The notes under the pieces: generated by a model
Database searches by the model: none
Told to the model about the DNA's origin: nothing
What the model saw: only the letters and a program-made list of their open reading frames with translations
Assembly (NCBI GenBank): GCA_963676915.2
Contig: CAXXVK010000072.1
Location: 190,359 to 254,358, forward strand
Direction of reading: 5' to 3'
Length of the DNA stretch: 64,000 bases
Origin: Myxococcota bacterium
GTDB lineage: Bacteria; Myxococcota_A; SURF-8; G963663525
Position numbers and translations under genes: made by a program
Shown: one piece after another, positions 32,389-41,910 of the stretch
Layout of the letters: each line of letters starts with the position of its first letter
How positions within the stretch are numbered: position 1 is the first letter of the stretch

Positions 32389-33342
32389 ATGGGAGTGTCG
32401 GACGTTATGAATGATACGACAAGTTTGCTCCGGCAAATGAAAATCGCACTCCTGTTTTTGGTGTTGGGAATTTGCCTCGGTTGTTCGGAGGATTCCACGG
32501 AACCTCGAACCATGACCGATGAGGATCTCGTGGAAACCGGCGATCAAGACTCCGAAGACATGGAAGAAAACGCCGAAAGCGTCGTCGATGCATTCGGGCT
32601 GACCTGGATTCGTCTTCCTGCCGGAGAATACGACATGGGATGCAGTCTCGGGGATGAAACCTGCGACGATGTGGAAAAACCGCGTCACCATGTAAATCTC
32701 GAAGGGTTTTCTATTACCCAAACGGAAATCACTCAGGGACAGTTTGTGGCGTTTTTGAACGATCATGGTAACGATTGCATCGAAAGCGAATGCATCGTGG
32801 CCGATCATCCAAGTCTCTCCTGGAATGAATCCGAGAAAGTATGGCGCGTTGAAGACGGTTTTGAGCACTATCCTCAAGCCGAAGTCAGTTGGTATGGTGC
32901 GAAAGCGTTTTGCGAATGGGTTGGTGGTCGTTTGCCGTCCGAAGCGGAATGGGAATATGCCGCCAGAGGAGGGACGACGACGAAATACTATTGCGGCGAC
33001 GATGCCTCCTGCCTGGATGACATCGCCTGGTACTGGGACAATAGCGAGAACGGAACTCATCCTGTCGCACAAAAAGATCCAAATGCTTTCGATCTTTACG
33101 ACATGAGCGGTAATGTTTGGGAATGGGTGGAGGATTGCTTTCACGATAATTACGAAAATGCTCCGGAAAACGGTCAGGTTTGGGAAGACGGCAATTGTCT
33201 GATGCGTGTTTTGCGCGGAGGCTCCTGGGATGAGGACGGCGGTACCGAATGGACGCTACGGGTCTCTCGCCGGGGGAGTTATTTTCCAACCGCCCCGGAT
33301 GACGATGGCGGGTTTCGTTGTGTAAGCTCTGTAGCTGAATAG
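32389..33342 (+). CDS. Formylglycine-generating-enzyme (SUMF1)-domain lipoprotein
   Basis: RLPSEAEWEYAARGG, YDMSGNVWEW, RVLRGGSW and GFRC; lipobox LGC. Start may be 32407 or later. Confidence 0.88.
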   Translation: MGVSDVMNDTTSLLRQMKIALLFLVLGICLGCSEDSTEPRTMTDEDLVETGDQDSEDMEENAESVVDAFGLTWIRLPAGEYDMGCSLGDETCDDVEKPRHHVNLEGFSITQTEITQGQFVAFLNDHGNDCIESECIVADHPSLSWNESEKVWRVEDGFEHYPQAEVSWYGAKAFCEWVGGRLPSEAEWEYAARGGTTTKYYCGDDASCLDDIAWYWDNSENGTHPVAQKDPNAFDLYDMSGNVWEWVEDCFHDNYENAPENGQVWEDGNCLMRVLRGGSWDEDGGTEWTLRVSRRGSYFPTAPDDDGGFRCVSSVAE

Positions 33343-33539
33343 CTTTTTCACGTTTTATTGAGGGGTCAAAGGCGTATGGAATAACGCCTTTGGATCGTCG
33401 AATGCCGGAATAGCGGTATTCTTCATGAAGCCGTTTTTCTATGTTCAATTCAATTCCATTATAGTGCGATTTTTTGTAAGTTTGATGGTACGTTCCATTG
33501 GCGTATTGCCAAACAGGCTCCAACGAAAAAGAAAGAACC

Positions 33540-35852
33540 ATGAAATTATTGTTCTCGACTATGATTTTTGGCTTGTTTTTGTTTGTATTTGCAACAGGAT
33601 GCGACGAAAGCACAGGTTCCTCGGTTTCGAATGGAGACGAGGAATTGGAAGTTGAAACAGAAGATCAGTTTACGATTGAAGAGGTCGATCTTGTCCAATA
33701 TGTCGATCCCATGATTGGCACTCAAGGATCGGGAAACACCGTACCCGGTCCATCGATGCCGCATGGAATGGTAAAATTAAGCCCCGATACCCATGCGGAA
33801 GCCGGATCGATCGATGCCTATGACTACGGCCACGAGAAAATCGACGGATTTTCGCATACCCACCTGGAAGGTCCGGGAGGATCGGGAAACGGATACAGCC
33901 AGATTCTATTCATGCCTCGCGTTGGAGATGTCGCTTACGAGCGCGAAGATTACGCATCCGTTTTCACTCATGATAGTGAACAAGCCTCGCCCGGATATTA
34001 CACGGTAACGTTGGAAGACTCGAAGGTTCGTGTGGAACTGACGGCAGCCCGGCGGGCCGGATACCATCGCTATACGTTTCCCGCTTCGTCGAAAGCGCAT
34101 GTTCTTGTCGATCTTGGGTATTCCCGTGGAGATTCCGTGGATGGACATTTCGAAATTGTGAACGAGACGACCATTCAGGGATTTGGTACCTATTGCGTGC
34201 ATCCGCTCATTCATCTCATGCTTGGGGAAGATGGAGAAAACACGGCTATCAGTACCGTCTATTTTTACGCCGTTTTCGACAAAACGTTTTCATCGTACGG
34301 GACATGGAACAAAGAGAACGATCCGGCGCTGAATCCCGGATCGAATCAGGAAACGGGAAAGAATATCGGTGGTTACGTGCAATTCGATACAGAGGAAAAT
34401 GAAGTCGTTCAAGTACAGGTGGGAATTTCATTTATTGACGTGGAACATGCTCGTTTGAACTTGCTCGAAGACATTGGGGAATCGAGTTTCGAGGAGGTTC
34501 ACCAACAAACTCGACAGACATGGAATAGCCTGCTCAATCGTATCCAGGTCGAAGGGGGAACCGATACGGATAAAACCGTATTCTATACAGCGCTTTATCA
34601 TAGTCTGTTGCAACCAGCCGATTCGACGGAAGTCGGTGGGGATTTTTACACGGCGGCATCGGGTGATGATTCCGTAACCACGGCGGATACGTGGCATTAT
34701 TTCACGGATGACTGGTGCATGTGGGATACCTACAGGACATCTCATCCTTTGGGTACCTTGATAGAACCCGAAATTCGTAGCGATATCGTTCGATCCATGT
34801 TGCATTGGTATCAGGAAGGCGGTTGGCTCCCTAAATGTACCTGGCACGCCAACGGATATTCGCGAATCATGATCGGCAATCACGCCGTCCCGATTATCGT
34901 AGATGCTTACATGAAAGGATTGCGGGATTACGACGAGTCTTTGGCCTATGAAGCCGTGCGAAAAAGTGCGATGGAAGACAACGAAAACGTCGCTTCGGAA
35001 TCCATGTGCGGATATTTCAATTTAGGGACCACGCCTTCTTACATCGAAAAGGGCTATGTTCCCAATGAATGCGACGGAACGCAATCCGTGTCCATGACGT
35101 TGGAATATGCCTATAACGACTGGTGCACGGCGCAGTTTGCCAAGGCTCAGGATCGGGATGAGGATTATACACTCTTTATGGAGCGTTCTCAGAACTTCAG
35201 GAATACGTGGAATCCGGATGTCGGTTTCATGCAGAGAAGACTCGAAGACGGCAGTTGGTTGGAACCGTTCGATCCGGAATTCGTTGATGATTTCAATGGT
35301 TTCTGTGAAGCGTCTTCCTGGGTGTATTCCTGGTTCGTTCCCCATGCCGTGCCGGATTTGATGGAACTTGTCGGTGGCGATCAGGCCTTTGTCGAACGGC
35401 TGGATACCTATTTCGATTCAGGATTTCATGATCCGACGAACCAGCCTGGATTTCATGTGCCGTTTTTGTATCATTTTGCGAATCAGCCGCAAAAATCGGT
35501 GGAAAGGGTCGAATCGCTTCTGAACGATCATTTCGGAGCCGGTCCGAATGGTTTGCCGGGCAACGATGACAGTGGGGCGATGTCGGCATGGTATGTTCTG
35601 GGTGCGCTAGGATTGTATCCCGTCGCTCCGAGCGATCCGACGTGGCAAATCGTCGCTCCACGGTTCGATCGTATTGTCCTGTACCTGCATCCTCAGTTTT
35701 ATACAGGGGAAACGTTTGTCATCGAAAAGGAAACCGGCGAAACGTTGTCGGCACAATGGAACGGTGAACCTCTGGCGGGAATGTCGATTTCACATTCGGA
35801 GATTGCAAAAGGCGGTGTTTTAACGGTTCAAGTGCCTGAAAATACAAAATAA
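33540..35852 (+). CDS. GH92 alpha-mannosidase-family lipoprotein
   Basis: YVDPMIGT, P.GMVKLSPDT, GFSHTH, WDTYR, TLEYAY and GNDDSGAMSAWY. Confidence 0.92.
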   Translation: MKLLFSTMIFGLFLFVFATGCDESTGSSVSNGDEELEVETEDQFTIEEVDLVQYVDPMIGTQGSGNTVPGPSMPHGMVKLSPDTHAEAGSIDAYDYGHEKIDGFSHTHLEGPGGSGNGYSQILFMPRVGDVAYEREDYASVFTHDSEQASPGYYTVTLEDSKVRVELTAARRAGYHRYTFPASSKAHVLVDLGYSRGDSVDGHFEIVNETTIQGFGTYCVHPLIHLMLGEDGENTAISTVYFYAVFDKTFSSYGTWNKENDPALNPGSNQETGKNIGGYVQFDTEENEVVQVQVGISFIDVEHARLNLLEDIGESSFEEVHQQTRQTWNSLLNRIQVEGGTDTDKTVFYTALYHSLLQPADSTEVGGDFYTAASGDDSVTTADTWHYFTDDWCMWDTYRTSHPLGTLIEPEIRSDIVRSMLHWYQEGGWLPKCTWHANGYSRIMIGNHAVPIIVDAYMKGLRDYDESLAYEAVRKSAMEDNENVASESMCGYFNLGTTPSYIEKGYVPNECDGTQSVSMTLEYAYNDWCTAQFAKAQDRDEDYTLFMERSQNFRNTWNPDVGFMQRRLEDGSWLEPFDPEFVDDFNGFCEASSWVYSWFVPHAVPDLMELVGGDQAFVERLDTYFDSGFHDPTNQPGFHVPFLYHFANQPQKSVERVESLLNDHFGAGPNGLPGNDDSGAMSAWYVLGALGLYPVAPSDPTWQIVAPRFDRIVLYLHPQFYTGETFVIEKETGETLSAQWNGEPLAGMSISHSEIAKGGVLTVQVPENTK

Positions 35853-35956
35853 AGTGGAGGTGGCGTTAAGCCTGTCGCTTGTTTCAAGCGTTTTGCCGTT
35901 GAATAAGCATTGAAATACCGAACGAGTTAGTTCGTTGTTGAAATTGGGAAATACGA

Positions 35957-37429
35957 ATGATTACAGCACGGTGCTTGTTTCTATCTCTGTTTCTTGTTTT
36001 TGGTTTGTGCTGCTGTGGCGAGGATTCGGGAGGGGATTCCACAATCGACCCTGCCGATACCGACCATGAAAATGAAGAAGGCATAGAAGCTGAAAACGAA
36101 ACAGCGACGGAAAGACTTTTTTTCGTCGAAAACGGCTTTATTCGGGATGCTTCCGGTCGGGCGATTGTTTTACGAGGAATCGCCTATCCCTCGAAAGACG
36201 TGGAATACTGGTCTGATAAAGATCCTTTGCAGACGAAAAGCGATATGGCCGTCATCGCGCAAGCTGGTTTCAACAGCATTCGGCAGGTCATCAATTGGGA
36301 TCGAATTGAATCAGAACCGGGAGTCATTGACGAGGAATACTGCGATCTAGTGGCGCAACATGCGAAATGGGCAGCCGAACAGGGGTTGTATGTGATTCTC
36401 GACATGCATCAGGACATGTTCGGTATGGGATTCGGTTTGCACGGTGCTCCGTACTGGGCTTGTGATGAATCCAATTACGAAACTTTCGAACCTGCGGACC
36501 CGTGGTTTTTCAGCTATTTCACCGACGAAGTGAAAGCCTGCTTCGATACGTTCTGGGAAGATGAGGAACTCCGTCGGCATCAACAGAATGCCGCCGCTGC
36601 CGTGGCGTCGCGACTCGTAGACAACGAATGGGTACTTGGTTTCGATACCCACAACGAACCGCTTCCTGGATCGATGGACTGGGAGTCTTTCGGACGGGAC
36701 GCCTTGTGGCCTTTTCACGAACGATTTTACGAAACCATCAACGAAGTGTTGCCGGGACGGATGATTTTCTTCGAACCAACGGTTCTTTTCAGTACATCTC
36801 TCGATACTTCCATGCCAGGTCCAAAAGGACGATTTCCCGGTGTTTTTTCTCCGCATTATTACAACAGCACGGTGGAGTTGGATCTCCTGTGGGATGAAAA
36901 TCCGGCCATCGATCGTCAGGTTGTCGAACGTGTTGTGGAACTTTCGCAGTCGATGGAGGTTCCGTGGATGTTCGGTGAACTTGGTGGGGATATGCGCACG
37001 CCAAACCTGAAAGAATACCTGCTTTCTCTCTATTCCTTGATCGATGAATTCATGGGAAACGCGATTATCTGGATTTATTCCAAATCCGATAAAGGGTTCG
37101 CTCTGATCGACAAAAACACCGGCACATGGAATGAACACGCACCGGGATTTCTGCGTGTTGCACCGTCTGTAGTTGCAGGGGAGATCGAAGAATTCTCTTG
37201 GGATTACAGACAGTTGGAATTCAACATGACCTGGTTGGAAGTTCCTGGTCTGGGTGATAGCGAAGTCCTTTTGCCTCAATGGGTGAAAGATGCCGGATAC
37301 GATATCCTGTTGGATGGTGCTTCCGCCGAGCTAAAGCTCAATCATTGGGGACGTCTGGTGATTCCTTCCAAAGATATGGAAGGCAAAAGAACGCTCCAGC
37401 TTCAGGTACATGCTGGATATTCCAAGTAA
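35957..37429 (+). CDS. GH5 glycoside hydrolase, endoglycoceramidase-like lipoprotein
   Basis: D..GR..VLRG, LDMHQD, HNEP (acid/base), PHYY and FGELG (nucleophile). Confidence 0.8.
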   Translation: MITARCLFLSLFLVFGLCCCGEDSGGDSTIDPADTDHENEEGIEAENETATERLFFVENGFIRDASGRAIVLRGIAYPSKDVEYWSDKDPLQTKSDMAVIAQAGFNSIRQVINWDRIESEPGVIDEEYCDLVAQHAKWAAEQGLYVILDMHQDMFGMGFGLHGAPYWACDESNYETFEPADPWFFSYFTDEVKACFDTFWEDEELRRHQQNAAAAVASRLVDNEWVLGFDTHNEPLPGSMDWESFGRDALWPFHERFYETINEVLPGRMIFFEPTVLFSTSLDTSMPGPKGRFPGVFSPHYYNSTVELDLLWDENPAIDRQVVERVVELSQSMEVPWMFGELGGDMRTPNLKEYLLSLYSLIDEFMGNAIIWIYSKSDKGFALIDKNTGTWNEHAPGFLRVAPSVVAGEIEEFSWDYRQLEFNMTWLEVPGLGDSEVLLPQWVKDAGYDILLDGASAELKLNHWGRLVIPSKDMEGKRTLQLQVHAGYSK

Positions 37430-37519
37430 AAATCAATACTTTCGTTGGGAAAATTTCTATTCACGTATGTCGGGATGGAAATCACTGGTCTTGTCGATAT
37501 TTCCCCTTGGGGGAAATCC

Positions 37520-37548
37520 TTGCTCCAATTCCTATATTTTGTTACACT
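37520..37548 (+). promoter_or_regulatory. Putative sigma-70 promoter of the fdhD-fdh operon
   Basis: TTGCTC-N17-TACACT with a TG extension, preceded by the inverted repeat TTTCCCC-TTG-GGGGAAA. Confidence 0.4.
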
Positions 37549-37644
37549 CCCACATGCCGGAGAGGCTCCGGCGTGGTGAAGAAAACAAACGAATCACCCC
37601 AATCGGGCGCATTCCAGCGTTAGCCGCAGAATCGATCGTTGCTT

Positions 37645-38577
37645 ATGCCGTTTGACCGCAACATTTCGGTGTATTCCACCCGGCGCGTCCGCGAAGATGG
37701 AGACGTGACCGTTCCCGACAGCATCGCCGTTGAGGAACCGTTGCGGATTTTTGTGCAAAACAAGCCTATGGGGTTTACTTTGCGCACTCCTGGCGACGAT
37801 ATCGCGCTGGCTGCCGGATGGTGCCTGACCGGCGGATGGATCGAGCATCCCGAGGATATCGTGTCGGTCCATCACGCGGAATCGTCGGAAACCAACGATG
37901 TTTTCGTAGAATTGACCGAAAAACGCTGGCAGGAGATTCGAGACGAAAAAGAAGGGCGGTTCGCAGACGATTTGCAGTCTGGGGAACCGAGTGGACAACA
38001 GGTCATCGAAGATCTGCTAAACCACGTAAAACCGAGCCCCAAAATTGCCAAAATCACAGGAAAGCAACTGCAAACCTGCCGAAATCGTTTGGAAAATCGG
38101 CAGAAAATGTTCGGACCTACCGGTTGCACCCATGCCGCCGCTCTTTTCGATATGCATGAACGGATTTTGTCTTTAGGAGAAGACGTAGGGCGTCACAACG
38201 CTTTGGATAAAGCTATTGGTCATGCCGTGCTGGAGGGGACGCTCGATCAAGCGATCGTAGCGTTTATCACAAGCCGCGCCAGTTTCGAAATGGTGGGAAA
38301 AGCCATTCGGGCGCAACTTGCGTTTCTGGCTTGTACGTCCGGCCCGACGAGTCTGGCCATCGATCTGGCGAAAAAGGCGGGATTGAGTCTCGCCGCGTTC
38401 GTACGCCCGAAAGGATTTACGGCCTACGCCGGATTGGAACGCTTCGATTTTACGAAGGATTCGGTCAAAGAAATATTGGAAAACACGGAGAATTCTTCTT
38501 CTGTACTTTCTTTTACACCACAAACCGAGAATCACGGTTTCACCCTACCAGGTGCTTGCGGGAAGGAGGGTAAATGA
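37645..38577 (+). CDS. fdhD: Formate dehydrogenase accessory sulfurtransferase FdhD (lacks the CxxC loop)
   Basis: EEPL, RTPG.D..LAAG, TGCTHAA, EDVGRHNALDK.IG, SRASFEMV.KA and PTSLA. ATGA overlap with fdh. Confidence 0.88.
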   Translation: MPFDRNISVYSTRRVREDGDVTVPDSIAVEEPLRIFVQNKPMGFTLRTPGDDIALAAGWCLTGGWIEHPEDIVSVHHAESSETNDVFVELTEKRWQEIRDEKEGRFADDLQSGEPSGQQVIEDLLNHVKPSPKIAKITGKQLQTCRNRLENRQKMFGPTGCTHAAALFDMHERILSLGEDVGRHNALDKAIGHAVLEGTLDQAIVAFITSRASFEMVGKAIRAQLAFLACTSGPTSLAIDLAKKAGLSLAAFVRPKGFTAYAGLERFDFTKDSVKEILENTENSSSVLSFTPQTENHGFTLPGACGKEGK

Positions 38578-41309
38578 AAATCACGATGGATGGCCGAGTG
38601 CTGGAGTTCCAAGAGGGACAGACAGTGCTCGATGTGGCCCGGGAAAACGGGATCTGGATTCCCACACTGTGCTGGCACGCCAGAACGGGGAAAGCCAGCC
38701 GGTGCCGGGTCTGTTCGGTGGAAGTCGAGGGTATGCGCGGCTTGCAGATGTCCTGCAACCTTCCGGCAAACGATGGAATGGTGGTTTCCACACAAAGTGA
38801 TCGGGTGAAGAAATCTCGCCGGATCATCGTGGAAAACCTGATCTCCAACGGTCACCACAATTGCATGACCTGTGAGGCAAACGGTCGGTGCGAGCTTCAG
38901 GATACCGCCTACTGGCTGGGCATCAAGAAGTGGGATGTCGTAGAAGAGCCGGGACGCCCAATGGATATGAGTTCCCCGATGCTCATCATGAATCCCAACA
39001 AATGCATCGAATGCGGCCGCTGCATCGAAGCCTGCCACAACCTGGTCGTCAACGAAGTATTGACGTTCGAAGGGCGCGGCTACGATACGAAGGTCGTATG
39101 CGATACCGGCATTCCCATGGCGGATTCAAGCTGTGTGCAGTGCGGTGAATGTGCCCAGGTCTGCCCCACGGCGGCGATCATCGAGAAAAAAGCGGTGGTC
39201 AAGGGCCGTGAATGGGAACTCGAAAAAGTCAACACGACTTGCCCATACTGCGGCGTAGGCTGTCAGGTCACGTTGCATGTGGACAAATTCCGTAACCGTA
39301 TCGTTCGTGTCAGTGGACGCGACGGTATTCCGCCCAATGACGGAATGCTGTGCGTCAAGGGTCGCTTCGCCTACGACTTCCCGTCCAGCCCGAAGCGTGT
39401 CCAACGACCGATGATCAAAAAGAACGGCGAGCACGTCGAAGTCAGTTGGGAGGAAGCTCTTGATTACACCGCCGAAAGGCTGCGGGAAATCAAGATGAAA
39501 TACGGACCGAGCACCTTCAGTGCGGTAAGCTCGGCCCGGACGACCAACGAAAATAACTATGCACTCATGAAGTTTGCGAGGGGCGTTATGGCGACAAACA
39601 ATGTCGACCACTGCGCCCGTACTTGACACGCTCCCACGGTCGCCGGTCTGGCGGCAAGCTTTGGTTCGGGAGCGATGACGAACTCCATTCAGGAGTTTGA
39701 AAACGCAAAATTCTTGTTTGTGATCGGGTCCAATACCACCGAGGCCCACCCGGTCATAAGCTACTACATGAAACGGGCCGTGAAAAAAGGCGCGACGTTG
39801 ATCGTCAACGATCCGCGCAAAATCGACCTCACCCGCTGGGCGACCATGCACGTGCAGATCAATCCCGGCTCGGACGTGGCCTATCTCAACGGGTTGATGA
39901 GAGAAATCATCGTCAACGATTGGTACGACAAGGATTTCGTCGAAAACCATACCGAGGATTTCGACGAACTGAAAAAAGTCGTAATGGGCTATACCCTCGA
40001 AAAGACAACGAAAATTTCCGGGGTGCCTGCCGAGACGTTGCAAAAAGTCGCCAAGATGTTGTCCGAGGCCGAAACGGCGTCTCTGGTGTATACTCTCGGC
40101 ATTACCGAGCACACCTGTGGTACCGACAACGTGAAAAGTTGCGCCAACTTGCAAATGTTGCTGGGGAACCTCGGCAAATATGCGGGTGGTGTCAATCCGC
40201 TGCGTGGACAGAACAACGTCCAGGGCGCTTGCGACATGGGCGCGCTGCCCAACGTATTCAACAGCTATCAGGCTGTGACAGATCCCAAGGCACGGGAGAA
40301 ATTCTCCAAAGCCTGGGGTGTGGATCTGCTTGATGACAAAGTCGGTAAGACCATGCCGGCGATGTTCTCAGGTTGTCTCGACGGACAGACGAAAGCACTG
40401 TACGTCTACGGCGAAAACGTTGTGCTGACCGAGCCGAACATTGCGCACACGACGCATTGTCTGGAAGAGTGTGAGTTCGTAATCGTAGGCGAAATCTTCC
40501 ACAACGAAACCACGCCGTACGCCGACGTCATCTTCCCTGACCTTGCCTGGGGTGAGGAAGACGGTACCTTCACCAACTCCGAGCGCCGGGTCAACCGGGT
40601 ACGCGGAGCGTTGAAGCCGCCGGGAGAGGCTCGTTCTCACTGGTGGGTTCTCAACGAACTGGGCAAACGTCTGGGCGTGGACATGGGCTTCAGCTCGTCC
40701 CACGCGATTTCCGAGGAAATCCGGGAGCTTGGACCTAGCTATCATGGTATCACCTGGGAGCGTATCCAGGATGTCGGCCTCCAGTGGCCTTGTCCGACCC
40801 TGGACCATCCCGGAACGAAGTTCCTTCACACGGGTGGTAATTTCACACGCGGAAAAGGCAAATTCCACGCGATCGAATACCGTCCGCCTGCGGAAACCCC
40901 GGATGAGGAATATCCCTTCTATCTCAGCACCGGTCGGCGGCTATGGCACTACCACACGGTGCAAACGCATCATTGCGACGGAATCCACAAGCTGTGCGGC
41001 GAAGAGTGGCTGGAAATGAGTCCCGCCGATGCCGAAAAGATGAATGTCAAAACCGGTGACACGGTTCGTGCGTCTTCGCGGCGGGGATCGATCGAGTTGA
41101 GCGCCTGGGTGACCGAGCGGTCTCCCAAGGGTGTTTGCTGGACGAGCTTCCACTTTGCCAAAGCCTGCGGAAATGCGCTGACCATCGATGCTTTCGATCC
41201 TGTGACCAATACGGCGGAATACAAAGTCTGTGCGATCAAGGTCGAAAAAATCGCCGATGGCGAAGCGCTCGGTCCCGAAAACGGGCACCGCAGACAAGCC
41301 AGACCCTGA
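38574..41309 (+). CDS. fdhF: Selenocysteine-containing formate dehydrogenase alpha subunit (Mo/W-bisPGD) with N-terminal Fe-S domains
   Basis: In-frame TGA at 39624-39626 in HCART-U-HAPTVAGL joins the 350-aa and 544-aa ORFs. N-terminal 2Fe-2S, HxCxxC and 2x4Fe-4S motifs, CPYCGVGC and LRGQNNVQG. Confidence 0.93.
39627..39660 (+). promoter_or_regulatory. Bacterial SECIS element
   Basis: Hairpin GTCGCC-GGTCT-GGCGGC (39639-39655) starting 13 nt after the UGA. Confidence 0.75.
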
Positions 41310-41322
41310 CGCTTCCTTCTCC

Positions 41323-41364
41323 CTCCCGAACGGCAACCCTTTGTCGGGGTGAGCCGTTCGGGAG
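41323..41364 (+). other. Intercistronic GC-rich hairpin
   Basis: CTCCCGAACGGC and GCCGTTCGGGAG form a perfect 12-bp stem with no U-tract. Confidence 0.6.
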
Positions 41365-41435
41365 TCTGGAGTTCGAGGGGGTCTACCTTTCTGACGCAGC
41401 CTTTCAACAAGGCTCACAACAAAACGGGTTGAAAC

Positions 41436-41906
41436 ATGTCAAGTGGAGTTCAAACGGTCCTTAGTCGGTTTCCCGGCGCTCATCAGGACAAACTGATTCC
41501 CATCTTGCAGGAAGTGCAGGAGGAGGAAGGGTATCTGTCGCAAGATGCCATGTACGAAATCGGTCAGCATCTCAATCTACCTCCGAGCAAAGTCTACGGT
41601 GTAGCGACGTTTTACAACCAATTCCGTTTCGTGAAACCGGGCAAATACACGATTACGGTGTGCCGTGGGACGGCCTGCCACGTCAAAGGCTCGGCGATCG
41701 TTTTGCAAGCCTTGCAGGACGAACTCGAGGTTCTGCCGGGACAGACGACCGACGACGGGCTTTTCAGCCTGGAAGTGGTTGCCTGTATCGGTGCTTGCGG
41801 TCTTGCGCCGGTCATTAATATCAATGGGGAATTCCATGCGGGAATGACGCCTGCGAAGGTTGAAAAACTCATCAGGCAATACCGCAGGATGGAAGAGAAG
41901 GAGTGA
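41436..41906 (+). CDS. NuoE/HydC-like [2Fe-2S] subunit
   Basis: LIPILQEVQ...GYL, VATFYNQF, CRGTAC and CIGAC.LAP. Confidence 0.9.
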   Translation: MSSGVQTVLSRFPGAHQDKLIPILQEVQEEEGYLSQDAMYEIGQHLNLPPSKVYGVATFYNQFRFVKPGKYTITVCRGTACHVKGSAIVLQALQDELEVLPGQTTDDGLFSLEVVACIGACGLAPVININGEFHAGMTPAKVEKLIRQYRRMEEKE

Positions 41907-41910
41907 AGCC

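Noticed and set aside
37549-37644. Moco/Wco riboswitch in the fdhD leader
   Set aside because: Only one simple hairpin (CACATGCCGGA...TCCGGCGTG) is visible, and the multi-stem consensus could not be recognised.
39624-39626. fdh as a nonsense-mutated pseudogene
   Set aside because: The UGA is at the Sec/Cys ligand position and is followed by a SECIS-like hairpin.
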